A stretch of 64,000 nucleotides of DNA from Clostridium sp. CAG:510 (GTDB taxonomy: Bacteria > Bacillota > Clostridia > Lachnospirales > Lachnospiraceae): assembly GCA_000434615.1 (NCBI GenBank), contig FR880848.1, positions 39,429 to 103,428 of the forward strand, read 5' to 3'. The notes under the pieces are model-generated. The model saw only the letters and a program-made list of their open reading frames with translations. It searched no databases and had not been told where the DNA came from. The first letter of the stretch is position 1. The number at the start of each line of letters is the position of its first letter. A program made the translations under genes and the position numbers. Below are positions 1-8,422 of the stretch, one piece after another.

Positions 1-618
1 GTGGTAATCACACGGTCAATGGCACTCATATGCACCAGGGAATACCATACCTTCTGGAAGAAATTGAGGTCGGTCATGGCACTCCAGGGCAGAGGTTCAT
101 CGTCGTCATCATCTTCCTCGTCCTCTTCGTCCGTTTCCTCTTCGTATTCATCCCCGTAGTCCTCGCCGGCTTCGTCCAAATCCACATAGGCGCCGTCCGG
201 TTCGTATTCTTCACCGGGCTCATATTCGGCTGCTGCGGCATTGGCATCATAAAGCTGAACGCCATACTCGCCTTCACCGTCGTAGGATTCCTCATATTCG
301 ACGCCGTCTTCGGCTCCGTCCTCATAAGCTTCTTCGTAATCGACACCATCTTCGGCTCCGTCCTCGTAAGCCTCCTCGTATTCAATGCCGTCTTCGGCTC
401 CGTCCTCATAAGTCTCCTCGTATTCGACGCCGTCTTCGGCTCCGTCCTCATAAGCCTCCTCGTATTCGACGCCGTCTTCATACCCTTCGCCGTCGTAAGC
501 TTCCTCATAGTCGCCCTCTTCGCCGTAGGTTTCTTCCGCATCGAAGTCTGTATCAAAATCTTCCATGTCGAAGTCATCATCTGTATATTGTTTTTTATGT
601 CCAAACAACTTTCTCATG
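1..618 (-). CDS. Acidic tandem-repeat protein. Only the 5' part is in the window; the gene continues past position 1.
   Basis: The minus-strand frame is open from the ATG at 618 (an alternative ATG lies at 626) to the window edge. It is absent from the ORF track because it has no stop in the window. The translation begins MRKLFGHKKQYTDDDFDMEDF, then runs through EYEEAYEDGAEDGV-type 14-aa repeats, then ...DEEDEEDDDDDEPLPWSAMTDLNFF.... A GGAAAGG motif sits 10 nt upstream of the 618 ATG. The track ORFs 30..653 (+) and 74..604 (-) are shadow frames of this repeat region. Confidence 0.5.
291..500. repeat. 42-nt tandem repeat, about 5 copies. It lies inside the coding sequence and encodes the acidic 14-aa repeats.
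   Basis: The unit ctcgtattcgacgccgtcttcggctccgtcctcataagcctc is repeated head-to-tail with a few substitutions per copy. Confidence 0.85.
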
Positions 619-926
619 TATCCCATACCTTTCCATCCATAGATACTGATTAGTATAACATTATTCTGTGGGCCGTTCAAGTTTCAGGCACTCTCTTATC
701 ATTAGAAATTTCTTAATTTTTCGTAAGAAACGGTTTCGTTCCCTTTTCCTTTTCTTATTTTCCTTTAAATTGTATCGGGTTTGTATCATTTCTAAAAAAA
801 TTAGAAACTTTGCAACTTTGCTTTACAGTTTTTCCGAAGAATAGTACAATCAGTTTACATCCCGGGCTTCCGGGCAATACTGAAACAAACGACAAGGCGC
901 ATGCCCCGCAGAAAGGTTGTACGGTC

Positions 927-2165
927 ATGGACAAAAAGCATATGACAGAAAAAAAAGGATATTCCCCCGCAGAAAATTTGGATGACGGCTGGGACGATTT
1001 GGAAATAGAGGATTTGGAGATAGAAGATTTAGACGGCGACAGTGACGGGAACGAAGTCGATGTAGAAGAAGCCGGCATGGATACGGAAGAAACCGGCGAC
1101 GATTACGTGGAATACGACGATGAGGACGAGGAAAATGAAGATGAGGAGGAAAATGACAGCGATGCGGAGGATGCCCTTGGCAGAAAAGAAAAGCGTCTGC
1201 GTGTCAGCATCCACCTTGTTTTAGGCATTCTCATTCTGGGTATCCTGGGGCTTTGTTTCTATAAGTACAAGACCTTCGGCAACCGGATTACCCAGGAAGA
1301 CATTGATGCCATTCCCACACCGGAAAACCCGGAAATCGAAACCTACGACTATTTTACCGCCAATCCCATGCAGGATGACGGCACATTTCCCGAGGATGAC
1401 GGGGTAACTACCGTTGTCTGCTTCGGCAATGCGCCCTTTGCGGATGACAAGGACAGCGACAGCAGCGTCTGCAGCCTGTTTGCCAAAGACTCCCGGGCAG
1501 TTGTTTACAATTATGCCATAGCGGACTCCCTGCTGGCTGCCCATGAAAATCCTTTTACCACCGATTATCCCATGGATGCGTTCAGTTTTTCCTACCTGAT
1601 TTCTTCTTTAGTATCCGGCGACAAAACCCGCCTGGAAGAAGCCTATGCTTCCATGGAAAATGTACCCACAGGCTTACAATCTTCCATGGACGAACTGTTT
1701 TCTCTGGATTTTAGGACCGTGGATATGGTTTACATTATGTACGACGGCAGCGACTATCTGGAAAACAGCATGATTTACCACGACCAGATACCCGATGAGC
1801 CCCGCTACATTGCAGGCTCCCTGACCGCCGGAATCACTGCCCTCCGGAATGCTTATCCCTGGGTCGATATCGTGGTTATGTCCCCCACATTTGCCTATGC
1901 TGTTGATGAAAACGGAAAGTATGTGAGCAGTGATATGCAGAAAAACGAATGGGATGTAGGACTGTCCCTGTATTTTATGAAGGAATACGAAACCGCCTTC
2001 GACAACCGGGTGTCCTTCGTAGACAACTTCTACGGCGCCATCCATGAAGATATCGCTTCCGACTACCTCACCGACAATCTGCATCTCAATGAAGAAGGAC
2101 GGAAGCTGATTGCAAAGCGGATGTACGATTCCCTTACCGCCGTACAGAACTTACAGAAACAGTAA
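927..2165 (+). CDS. Membrane-anchored SGNH/GDSL-hydrolase-like protein with an acidic N-terminal region
   Basis: The ATG at 927 has an aaagg motif 10 nt upstream; the track ORF begins earlier, at 810. The N-terminus is rich in D/E (DDGWDDLEIEDLEIEDLDGDSDGNEVD...EDEENEDEEENDSD). One TM helix follows (IHLVLGILILGILGLCFY). The C-terminus has SGNH-like blocks (VVCFGNAPFADD ... DNLHLNEEGRKLIAKRMYDSL, which reads as DxxH). Confidence 0.55.
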   Translation: MDKKHMTEKKGYSPAENLDDGWDDLEIEDLEIEDLDGDSDGNEVDVEEAGMDTEETGDDYVEYDDEDEENEDEEENDSDAEDALGRKEKRLRVSIHLVLGILILGILGLCFYKYKTFGNRITQEDIDAIPTPENPEIETYDYFTANPMQDDGTFPEDDGVTTVVCFGNAPFADDKDSDSSVCSLFAKDSRAVVYNYAIADSLLAAHENPFTTDYPMDAFSFSYLISSLVSGDKTRLEEAYASMENVPTGLQSSMDELFSLDFRTVDMVYIMYDGSDYLENSMIYHDQIPDEPRYIAGSLTAGITALRNAYPWVDIVVMSPTFAYAVDENGKYVSSDMQKNEWDVGLSLYFMKEYETAFDNRVSFVDNFYGAIHEDIASDYLTDNLHLNEEGRKLIAKRMYDSLTAVQNLQKQ

Positions 2166-3251
2166 TTTTTCAAAAAGAGCCACTGCTGCGGGCAGTATTC
2201 TGTCCGGGAATTCAAAATGCTCCGTATGTAACTGGGCGTGTTCTTCGCCGTCTCCGATGCCGAAGAATGCGCCCTTTGTGTCCTGTAAATAATAGCCGAA
2301 ATCCTCCGACCAGCGCATGGGAACTGCCAGTTCTTCCGTGGCAAGTCCCAGTTCCTTTGCCGCTCTTTCTACCGCTTCCACACATTCCGTATGATTCTCC
2401 GTTGCCGGGAATCGCTCGATTTCCTTCATTTGCAGGGAAAATCCTCCGGCGCCTGCTTTTTCGTCTGCCAGCCTGCGTATTTCTTCCAGATAACGGGAAA
2501 ATACACTTTCTTTCTCTCCTCTTACCGTAAGACGCAGCACCCCGTCGGATGCCGAAACACCATAGCTTTCACTTCCGATTTCCATACCGATAAGGGTCAT
2601 CAGCACAAAGCTCTCCTGTTCCCGTATTTTCTTTGTCAGCGCCTCTATGGAAAGCAGCAGCTCCGCCAGGGCCGTCCCGGGATTTTTGCCGGCTTCGGGG
2701 TAAGCGGCATGGCTGGGAGTCCCAGTCATACGGATTTCCAGACCGGTGGATGCACAGGCAAATGTTCCTTTTTTGAACAGCACCGTTTTTTCGGGATAGC
2801 CCGGAATATTGTGCAGTCCGTATATTCTTTCGATATTCTTCTCCTTAATAAGCTCCCTGCAGACAGCGGCGCCCTCTCCGGTTTCCTCCGCCGGCTGAAA
2901 AATCAGGTATACATCCCGGGAAAGCTTTTCCTTTTCTTTATCCAGGATAAGCGCCAGTCCCGACAGAATACTGCTGTGCCCGTCGTGCCCGCAGAAATGT
3001 CCCGGTTTCCCATCATGTGCGCACACGGCATCCATATCCGCCCGGAATGCCACCGGAGGCATTTTCGCCCCGGGAGCTTTCGCATACGCGAAGAAATAAC
3101 TGCCCCGATCCTCTGTCTGCAAAGAAGTATTCTCCTTAAGAAATGCCATCAGGCAGGCTTTTGTTTTGATTTCCTCCCCTGATTTTTCCGGCATACTGTG
3201 CAGTGTTTTCCTTAAAGCCTTTATTTTTTGTAAATCCTCTTCCGTTATCAT
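2151..3251 (-). CDS. M20-family amidohydrolase / peptidase (aminoacylase or hippurate-hydrolase-like)
   Basis: 366 aa. A histidine-rich metal-binding stretch (HFCGHDGH) fits M20D amidohydrolases. It overlaps the lipoprotein gene upstream by 4 nt. Confidence 0.65.
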   Translation of the reverse strand: MITEEDLQKIKALRKTLHSMPEKSGEEIKTKACLMAFLKENTSLQTEDRGSYFFAYAKAPGAKMPPVAFRADMDAVCAHDGKPGHFCGHDGHSSILSGLALILDKEKEKLSRDVYLIFQPAEETGEGAAVCRELIKEKNIERIYGLHNIPGYPEKTVLFKKGTFACASTGLEIRMTGTPSHAAYPEAGKNPGTALAELLLSIEALTKKIREQESFVLMTLIGMEIGSESYGVSASDGVLRLTVRGEKESVFSRYLEEIRRLADEKAGAGGFSLQMKEIERFPATENHTECVEAVERAAKELGLATEELAVPMRWSEDFGYYLQDTKGAFFGIGDGEEHAQLHTEHFEFPDRILPAAVALFEKLLFL

Positions 3252-3703
3252 TTCTGCACCTCTCCTGTATAAATATTGGCGGTTATGGTTTCCGCCGCAC
3301 CATCGGCATTTTCTTTCGTATACCGTACCAGATTTTTTCCAATGTATTCGGCATCCGCCGGAAATCCCTTAGACCTACGGCAGCTTTCTATATCATAGAA
3401 CCAGCTCTGCCTCGTGCCGTCTTCCCATTCGACCTGAACTCTTAAAAAGCCGTTTTTCGTCTCGTATTCTGCAGCTTCCACCTTCTTTACGATGCTGGTT
3501 TCCAGTACCGTGCCGTCCTTTCCGAACACTCGGATCAGCTCCAGCCCTGTATTCAGTCCGAAAATGCTGTAGTATTCTTCCGGATTTTCCTCTATGGTTT
3601 TTAAGATGACATATTCCTTGTCCTGCGGGACGCGGGTGCAGCCCGCCTGGCAAAGAAGCAGGGCAATGCAGAGCAGCAGCAGTACTTTCTTCATATCTTT
3701 CAT
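3248..3703 (-). CDS. Putative lipoprotein
   Basis: Signal peptide with a lipobox (LLLCQAGC). 151 aa. Translationally coupled to the M20 gene. Confidence 0.55.
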   Translation of the reverse strand: MKDMKKVLLLLCIALLLCQAGCTRVPQDKEYVILKTIEENPEEYYSIFGLNTGLELIRVFGKDGTVLETSIVKKVEAAEYETKNGFLRVQVEWEDGTRQSWFYDIESCRRSKGFPADAEYIGKNLVRYTKENADGAAETITANIYTGEVQK

Positions 3704-3740
3704 ATATCCTCTCTGATTTTATAATTTTTATATTTATAAA

Positions 3741-3769
3741 TTGACATAACTTTACATAAATTTTATAAT
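3741..3769 (+). promoter_or_regulatory. Consensus sigma-70-type promoter upstream of the BlaR1-like gene
   Basis: TTGACA at 3741-3746, an exact 17-nt spacer, and TATAAT at 3764-3769. Confidence 0.6.
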
Positions 3770-3835
3770 TAAAGTGATTTTTACTTTTGGGAAACCGTGC
3801 AGGGCAATTACGAACGGAGAAAGGATGAAACTCTT

Positions 3836-4981
3836 ATGTATATTTACATCACCACATTTTCCATCATACAGGCAATCCTTACCTCCAATCTTCTTATCTG
3901 CCTCTGCGCTTTCATTATGAAACGGAAAAAGCTGTTGTGCCGGATGCCCTACAATTCCATTGTGGTGCTGCTTCTGCTTGCCATGGTGCGGCTCTTCTTT
4001 CCCTTTTATTTCGGTTTTTCCCATGTAATTTCTTTCTCACAGAAATCCATGCAGTTTTTATTATATCCTTCCCGGTGTGTATTTCAATCCCAAGGCTATT
4101 ATTTTTCAGCCTTTGATATCTTCTGTACCGTCTGGGGCATCGGCGTCATTATTATAGCATTCTGCTATCTTAGGAAGGAAGTCATTGTAACCCGTTTCAT
4201 TGCCGGTTTCGGTACCGATATGTCAAAGCAGGAGCCCTATGCTTCCATCCTGGCAGAGCTGGCCGCAGGACACAGACGCGGCAATGTTTTCCGCATTTAC
4301 CGCATTCCCGGTGTTTCCGCACCCTTCATCCGCGGCGTTATCCAGCCCGCTATTCTGATTCCGGAAAATATGGAATTAAACGAACAGGAGCTTTACTATG
4401 TGCTGGCTCACGAGGTGTCCCACTACCGTCATCTGGATACCCTGATTAAGCAGCTCCTGCAGCTTACCTCCATTCTGTTCTGGTGGAATCCCGCCTGCCA
4501 CATCTTAAACAGACAGGCAGACCTTATGTTTGAGCTGCGTGTGGACCATACGGTTACCAGAAACAACAGAGGAACGGTTTTGGAGTATCTCCAGTGCATT
4601 TTAAATATTGCCGAGCAGGCATGCGAGCCCAGCGAGATTCCCGAATACCTGTATATTGGTTTTGCGAAAAAAGAGGATGCCGGCATGCTGACCAAACGTG
4701 TGCATTACCTGATAGAGAAAGCCGAAAAACCCGGAAAAACCGGTGCTTTTGTGGCTTTACTGTCCGCTGCATTCCTTTTTATTGCATCCGTGACATTTGC
4801 TTTTCAGGTACAGGACTATGATATCCACACCGTATACTTCGACCTTACTCCGCAAAATTCCTATATTATCGAAAAAGAAGACGGAACCTACGATATTTAT
4901 CATTTAAATCAGTATACGCAGACCGTAACCTCTTTAATGGGTTATGATACATCCATTCCCGTATACCGGGAAAATGAATAA
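3836..4981 (+). CDS. M56-family (BlaR1/MecR1-like) membrane metalloprotease-domain protein
   Basis: N-terminal TM helices and the zinc motif AHEVSHYRHLD (HExxH) typical of the BlaR1 N-domain. The ATG at 3836 is preceded by GGAGAAAGG; the track ORF starts earlier, at GTG 3797. No BlaI-type repressor gene is nearby. Confidence 0.6.
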   Translation: MYIYITTFSIIQAILTSNLLICLCAFIMKRKKLLCRMPYNSIVVLLLLAMVRLFFPFYFGFSHVISFSQKSMQFLLYPSRCVFQSQGYYFSAFDIFCTVWGIGVIIIAFCYLRKEVIVTRFIAGFGTDMSKQEPYASILAELAAGHRRGNVFRIYRIPGVSAPFIRGVIQPAILIPENMELNEQELYYVLAHEVSHYRHLDTLIKQLLQLTSILFWWNPACHILNRQADLMFELRVDHTVTRNNRGTVLEYLQCILNIAEQACEPSEIPEYLYIGFAKKEDAGMLTKRVHYLIEKAEKPGKTGAFVALLSAAFLFIASVTFAFQVQDYDIHTVYFDLTPQNSYIIEKEDGTYDIYHLNQYTQTVTSLMGYDTSIPVYRENE

Positions 4982-4998
4982 GAAAGGAGGAATTCACC

Positions 4999-5280
4999 AT
5001 GAAAGCAGTTGAAATTTGCAAAAAGGGGATTCGCACGTTTGCTGCCTGCCTGGCTCTGTCCGGTGTCTTGTTCTTCGGAATGAGTGATACCGCATCCGCA
5101 GCCGAGGTTGTGCCTTCCGCAGATGTCTTAATCTCCTCCGAAGAGGTAAGTATTGCCTCACAGCCGGATGTCAATGTCAAATGGTATTACAAGACGGAAA
5201 ACGGCAAGCTCTACAAAAGACTTTGGGACGTAAACGTTCAGATTTGGCTGACTGACTGGATTTATGTACGCGACTTATAG
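4999..5280 (+). CDS. Small secreted protein with one cell-wall-binding-repeat-like motif
   Basis: Strong RBS (aaaggagg, 7 nt before the ATG). Signal peptide. The C-terminus (KWYYKTENGKLYKRLWD) resembles a clostridial CW_binding_1 repeat unit. Confidence 0.5.
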   Translation: MKAVEICKKGIRTFAACLALSGVLFFGMSDTASAAEVVPSADVLISSEEVSIASQPDVNVKWYYKTENGKLYKRLWDVNVQIWLTDWIYVRDL

Positions 5281-5300
5281 TCCTCTTTTTTTTAGCCAAA

Positions 5301-5347
5301 GGAAACACCGCAATAGTGTTATACTGTTGCGGTGTTTCTATTTTATA
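5301..5347. terminator. Bidirectional intrinsic terminator between convergent genes
   Basis: A perfect 11-bp stem (aaacaccgcaa / ttgcggtgttt) with a 13-nt loop, followed by ctattttat. An A-rich run sits on the other side. Confidence 0.7.
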
Positions 5348-5381
5348 CGTTTATGTCCTCTTTGTTCTGTTTCGCAAGATA

Positions 5382-6140
5382 CTATTCCTTTTTCGTGACC
5401 ATATCCATGTAAATAACATATCCGTCTGTTTCTGCGTACTTTTCATAACCGTACTCTTTCAGTGTTCCGTCTATGGGCTTAGTTTCCGCAAGCACAATGT
5501 ACAGACATCCGTCCTGTCTGGCAAGCTCCGCTGCCTTTTCGGGATTTATGATGTCCTCCGTCAGCGCATGGAACAGTTCGCTTCTGTCCGCCCAGTCAAA
5601 TAAAATATATTCCCTGCCGTAGGGCATCTCTATCTTTGCCGAGTACTGTCTGACATATTGGAACATTTCCCAGGGAACCGCCGCCTTTACCTTGCCCTCC
5701 TCCGGCTCCATAATGTCGCAGACATTGATAACCTCCTGCGGAATATGATAGGCATTTTCCGCCCATTCCACATGGGAGCTCCGGTAAATGAGACTGCCCG
5801 ACAAAATCATGATAAGCGCTGCCAGAGTTCCTGCAAAGGGCTGTATTTTCCTGTCCAGCATCTGCACCGCTTTTACGGTGGCATACGCAATCACGGGCAC
5901 CACGGGAAGCAGCCACAAAAAGCGCCAGTATAGATCCTCTCCGATTACCCGGTAAACCACCCAGGCCCACAAAGGGCAGAAATAAATTAACAGTGTAACC
6001 GTCGGCACATATACAAAAAGCAGGCGGTTAGCCTTATTTTTTTCCTTGAAAAACAGATAAATCAGGGATACCAGAAACAATCCCACCATCATGCCCGTCC
6101 CGCAGTACCGTCCGAAGCAGGCAATTATTCGTTCAAACAT
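5382..6140 (-). CDS. Integral membrane protein, function unknown. It is the last gene of the cluster.
   Basis: 252 aa, several TM helices. RBS aaggagg upstream. 13 nt downstream of the previous membrane protein gene. Confidence 0.5.
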   Translation of the reverse strand: MFERIIACFGRYCGTGMMVGLFLVSLIYLFFKEKNKANRLLFVYVPTVTLLIYFCPLWAWVVYRVIGEDLYWRFLWLLPVVPVIAYATVKAVQMLDRKIQPFAGTLAALIMILSGSLIYRSSHVEWAENAYHIPQEVINVCDIMEPEEGKVKAAVPWEMFQYVRQYSAKIEMPYGREYILFDWADRSELFHALTEDIINPEKAAELARQDGCLYIVLAETKPIDGTLKEYGYEKYAETDGYVIYMDMVTKKE

Positions 6141-6153
6141 AGTCCGCTCCTCC

Positions 6154-7212
6154 TTATTTCACCACGGCATACAGTACCATATAGCACAGACCGGGAACCA
6201 TACAGAAAAACAACGGCAGCAGAGGCTTCCATTTTTTCGTCATAAAAAGCAGGCACAGGCCAAATACCCCCAGCAGAAACGGACTTAAAAAATCACCCAT
6301 GGTGCTTCCGAGCCCCGCCGAAAAAACTGCCATCGTAAGCAGCAGCCAGAGGCTTTTTTCCGCCTTTTTGTCGTACAGAAGCCGCTCCGCCAGTATGTGC
6401 AGCAGCAGAAACATGGCAGGGACCACAACGGCGCACAGAAGCGCCTTTCCCTGTCTGGTACGGCTTATTAAAAACGTTTCCGCCGTATATGCCGATACAT
6501 TGCCCCACAAAATAAGCACTTCCGCAAAAATCAGGAATGCCGGCAGTTTTTTCCGGTTTTTCCCAAGCAGCCGGTATCCCAGCAGACCGTAAATGCAGTA
6601 GGCAAGGGGCAAAAGGATAAGCGGCATCAGGGTATGGGAAAAAACAGCAGGATGAATGCCCGACAATTTCGAAAGAAAGGCAATCCAGATAGGAAACGGC
6701 GCCAGACAATGCCGGAAATCCAGTGAGGTGCTGCCGAAGTTATACGGAAGCAGACGGTACATACTGTCCCAGGTAACCGATAAATTTGAGGTCGTGACAT
6801 AAAAAGCATCGTCGCCGTCCTCAAATGCCATCACCACCGCCAGTACAAGCTGTATTAGAATGCCCGCCAGAGCAATCGCCCACAGGCGTTTTTCTCCTTT
6901 GCTGAACGGCTCCCGCACCACCTTGAGAGCAGGCGTTTTCTTTCTGTCCGCTGCCTTTACCGCACTGCCTGCTATAAAGCACAGAACAAGCAGTATACCG
7001 TAAACTATGGAAAGTCCGGTCAGTGTCGCCCCCATTACAATCGCCGGTACGGCAATCAACTGGAACAGCGCCCACTCTGCCAGAAAACCCGCCAGAAAGT
7101 GAAATGCCACGTTTCTCTTGTATTCTTTTATATAGTTACAAATTCCTGCTCCGATTCCCGGCGTAATGACCGCCAGGAAAAGAAGCAGGAGTACAATTCG
7201 CACAACCGGCAT
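6154..7212 (-). CDS. Polytopic integral membrane protein, function unknown
   Basis: 352 aa, about 9-10 predicted TM segments. Its position suggests the membrane part of a polysaccharide modification or glycosylation system. Confidence 0.55.
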   Translation of the reverse strand: MPVVRIVLLLLFLAVITPGIGAGICNYIKEYKRNVAFHFLAGFLAEWALFQLIAVPAIVMGATLTGLSIVYGILLVLCFIAGSAVKAADRKKTPALKVVREPFSKGEKRLWAIALAGILIQLVLAVVMAFEDGDDAFYVTTSNLSVTWDSMYRLLPYNFGSTSLDFRHCLAPFPIWIAFLSKLSGIHPAVFSHTLMPLILLPLAYCIYGLLGYRLLGKNRKKLPAFLIFAEVLILWGNVSAYTAETFLISRTRQGKALLCAVVVPAMFLLLHILAERLLYDKKAEKSLWLLLTMAVFSAGLGSTMGDFLSPFLLGVFGLCLLFMTKKWKPLLPLFFCMVPGLCYMVLYAVVK

Positions 7213-7259
7213 ATTTTTATTCCTTTACCAACCGCAGCGGCATCACCGCCGCATTCTTT

Positions 7260-8399
7260 TTACTGCTCTTTTACTGCATAAAATTCTTTCACCTTGTCGC
7301 AGATGTAGGTCACCTGGTCCTCGGTCAGGGCATAGAACATAGGCAGTCGAAGCAGACGCTCGCTCTCCTTCGTTGTATATTCATCCTCTCCATGGAAACG
7401 GCCGAACCGCATGCCCGCGGGAGCCGTATGCAGCGGAATATAGTGGAACACTGCCATAATGCCGTTTTCTTTCAGGAATGCAATCAGGGCGCTGCGTTCG
7501 TCAATGTCCGCCGTCTTGATGTAGAACATATGGGCATTGTGGACACATCCGTCCGGTACTACGGGAAGAGAAATTCGTCCGGTATCCGCAAGCGGCTTTA
7601 AGCTCTCGTAATAATGGTCCCAGCTGGCACGGCGCTTGTTGTTGATTTCATCCGCCAGCTCCAGCTGCGCATACAGGTAAGCGGCATTCATATCGCTGGG
7701 CAGATAGGAAGAACCGTAATTGACCCAGGTATATTTGTCAATCTGGCCGCGGAAATACTTGGAGCGGTTGGTACCCTTTTCCCGGATAATCTCCGCATCC
7801 TCCACATATTTTTCGTCGCGGATTAGAAGGGCGCCGCCTTCTCCCATGCTGTAGTTCTTCGTTTCATGGAAGGAATAGCAGCCGAAGTCGCCGATGGTGC
7901 CCAGCGCCCTTCCTTTGTAATATGCCATGACTCCTTGCGCAGCATCCTCAATGACCATCAGGTTATGTCTCTTCGCAATGTCCATAATGGTGTCCATTTC
8001 ACATGCCACACCGGCATAGTGCACGGGCACAATGGCTCTTGTCCTGTCCGTAATGGCATCCTCTATTTTCTTTTCATCGATGTTCATGGTGTCGGGACGG
8101 ATGTCCACAAACACGGGAACCGCACCTCTGAGTACAAACGCATCCGCCGTGGATACAAAGGTGTATGCCGGCATGATGACCTCATCGCCCGGTTTTATGT
8201 CCGCCAGCAGGGCGGCAAGCTCTGTGGCATGGGTACAGGAAGTAGTAAGCAGGCATTTCCTTGTGCCCGTTTTTTCCTCTATCCAGGCATTGCACTTTTT
8301 GGTAAATTCGCCATCGCCGCATATTTTCTGGTTTTCCACCGCGATTTTAATATAGTCAAGCTCCTTTCCCGTATAGGGAGGTACATTAAAATTAATCAT
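7260..8399 (-). CDS. DegT/DnrJ/EryC1/StrS-family sugar aminotransferase, WecE/RffA-like (dTDP-4-keto-6-deoxyhexose 4-aminotransferase type)
   Basis: Strong full-length resemblance to E. coli WecE as I recall it: MINFNVPPYTGKELDY...CGDGEFT..., ...EVIMPAYTFVSTADAFVLRGA..., ...IVPVHYAGVACEMD..., ...FHETKNY..., ...REKGTNRS..., ...AVFHYIPLH..., ...LRLPMFY.... The ATG at 8399 is preceded by GGAAAGGTGG; the track ORF begins 8 codons earlier. Confidence 0.75.
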   Translation of the reverse strand: MINFNVPPYTGKELDYIKIAVENQKICGDGEFTKKCNAWIEEKTGTRKCLLTTSCTHATELAALLADIKPGDEVIMPAYTFVSTADAFVLRGAVPVFVDIRPDTMNIDEKKIEDAITDRTRAIVPVHYAGVACEMDTIMDIAKRHNLMVIEDAAQGVMAYYKGRALGTIGDFGCYSFHETKNYSMGEGGALLIRDEKYVEDAEIIREKGTNRSKYFRGQIDKYTWVNYGSSYLPSDMNAAYLYAQLELADEINNKRRASWDHYYESLKPLADTGRISLPVVPDGCVHNAHMFYIKTADIDERSALIAFLKENGIMAVFHYIPLHTAPAGMRFGRFHGEDEYTTKESERLLRLPMFYALTEDQVTYICDKVKEFYAVKEQ

Positions 8400-8422
8400 A
8401 GTTTTGTCCACCTTTCCTTGCA

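Noticed and set aside
291-500. Possible CRISPR array, given the regular direct repeats
   Set aside because: The repeats are contiguous and 42 nt long, with no unique spacers between them. They keep an open reading frame, so this is a coding tandem repeat and not a CRISPR.
30-653. Track ORFs 30..653 (+, 207 aa) and 74..604 (-, 176 aa)
   Set aside because: Both lie inside the 42-nt tandem repeat region. They are alternative-frame shadows of the acidic-repeat gene. Their translations are low-complexity hydrophobic or basic repeats with no plausible start context.
3797-3835. The track's earlier start (GTG 3797) for the BlaR1-like gene, and a 31-aa overlapping uORF from ATG 3825
   Set aside because: There is no convincing RBS for GTG 3797. 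The ATG at 3836 sits 11 nt after GGAGAAAGG and yields the expected N-terminal TM helix. The uORF is speculative.
6293-7075. Nested minus-strand ORFs 6293..6709, 6627..6824 and 6821..7075
   Set aside because: They are alternate frames inside the 6154..7212 membrane-protein gene, with no independent start signals.
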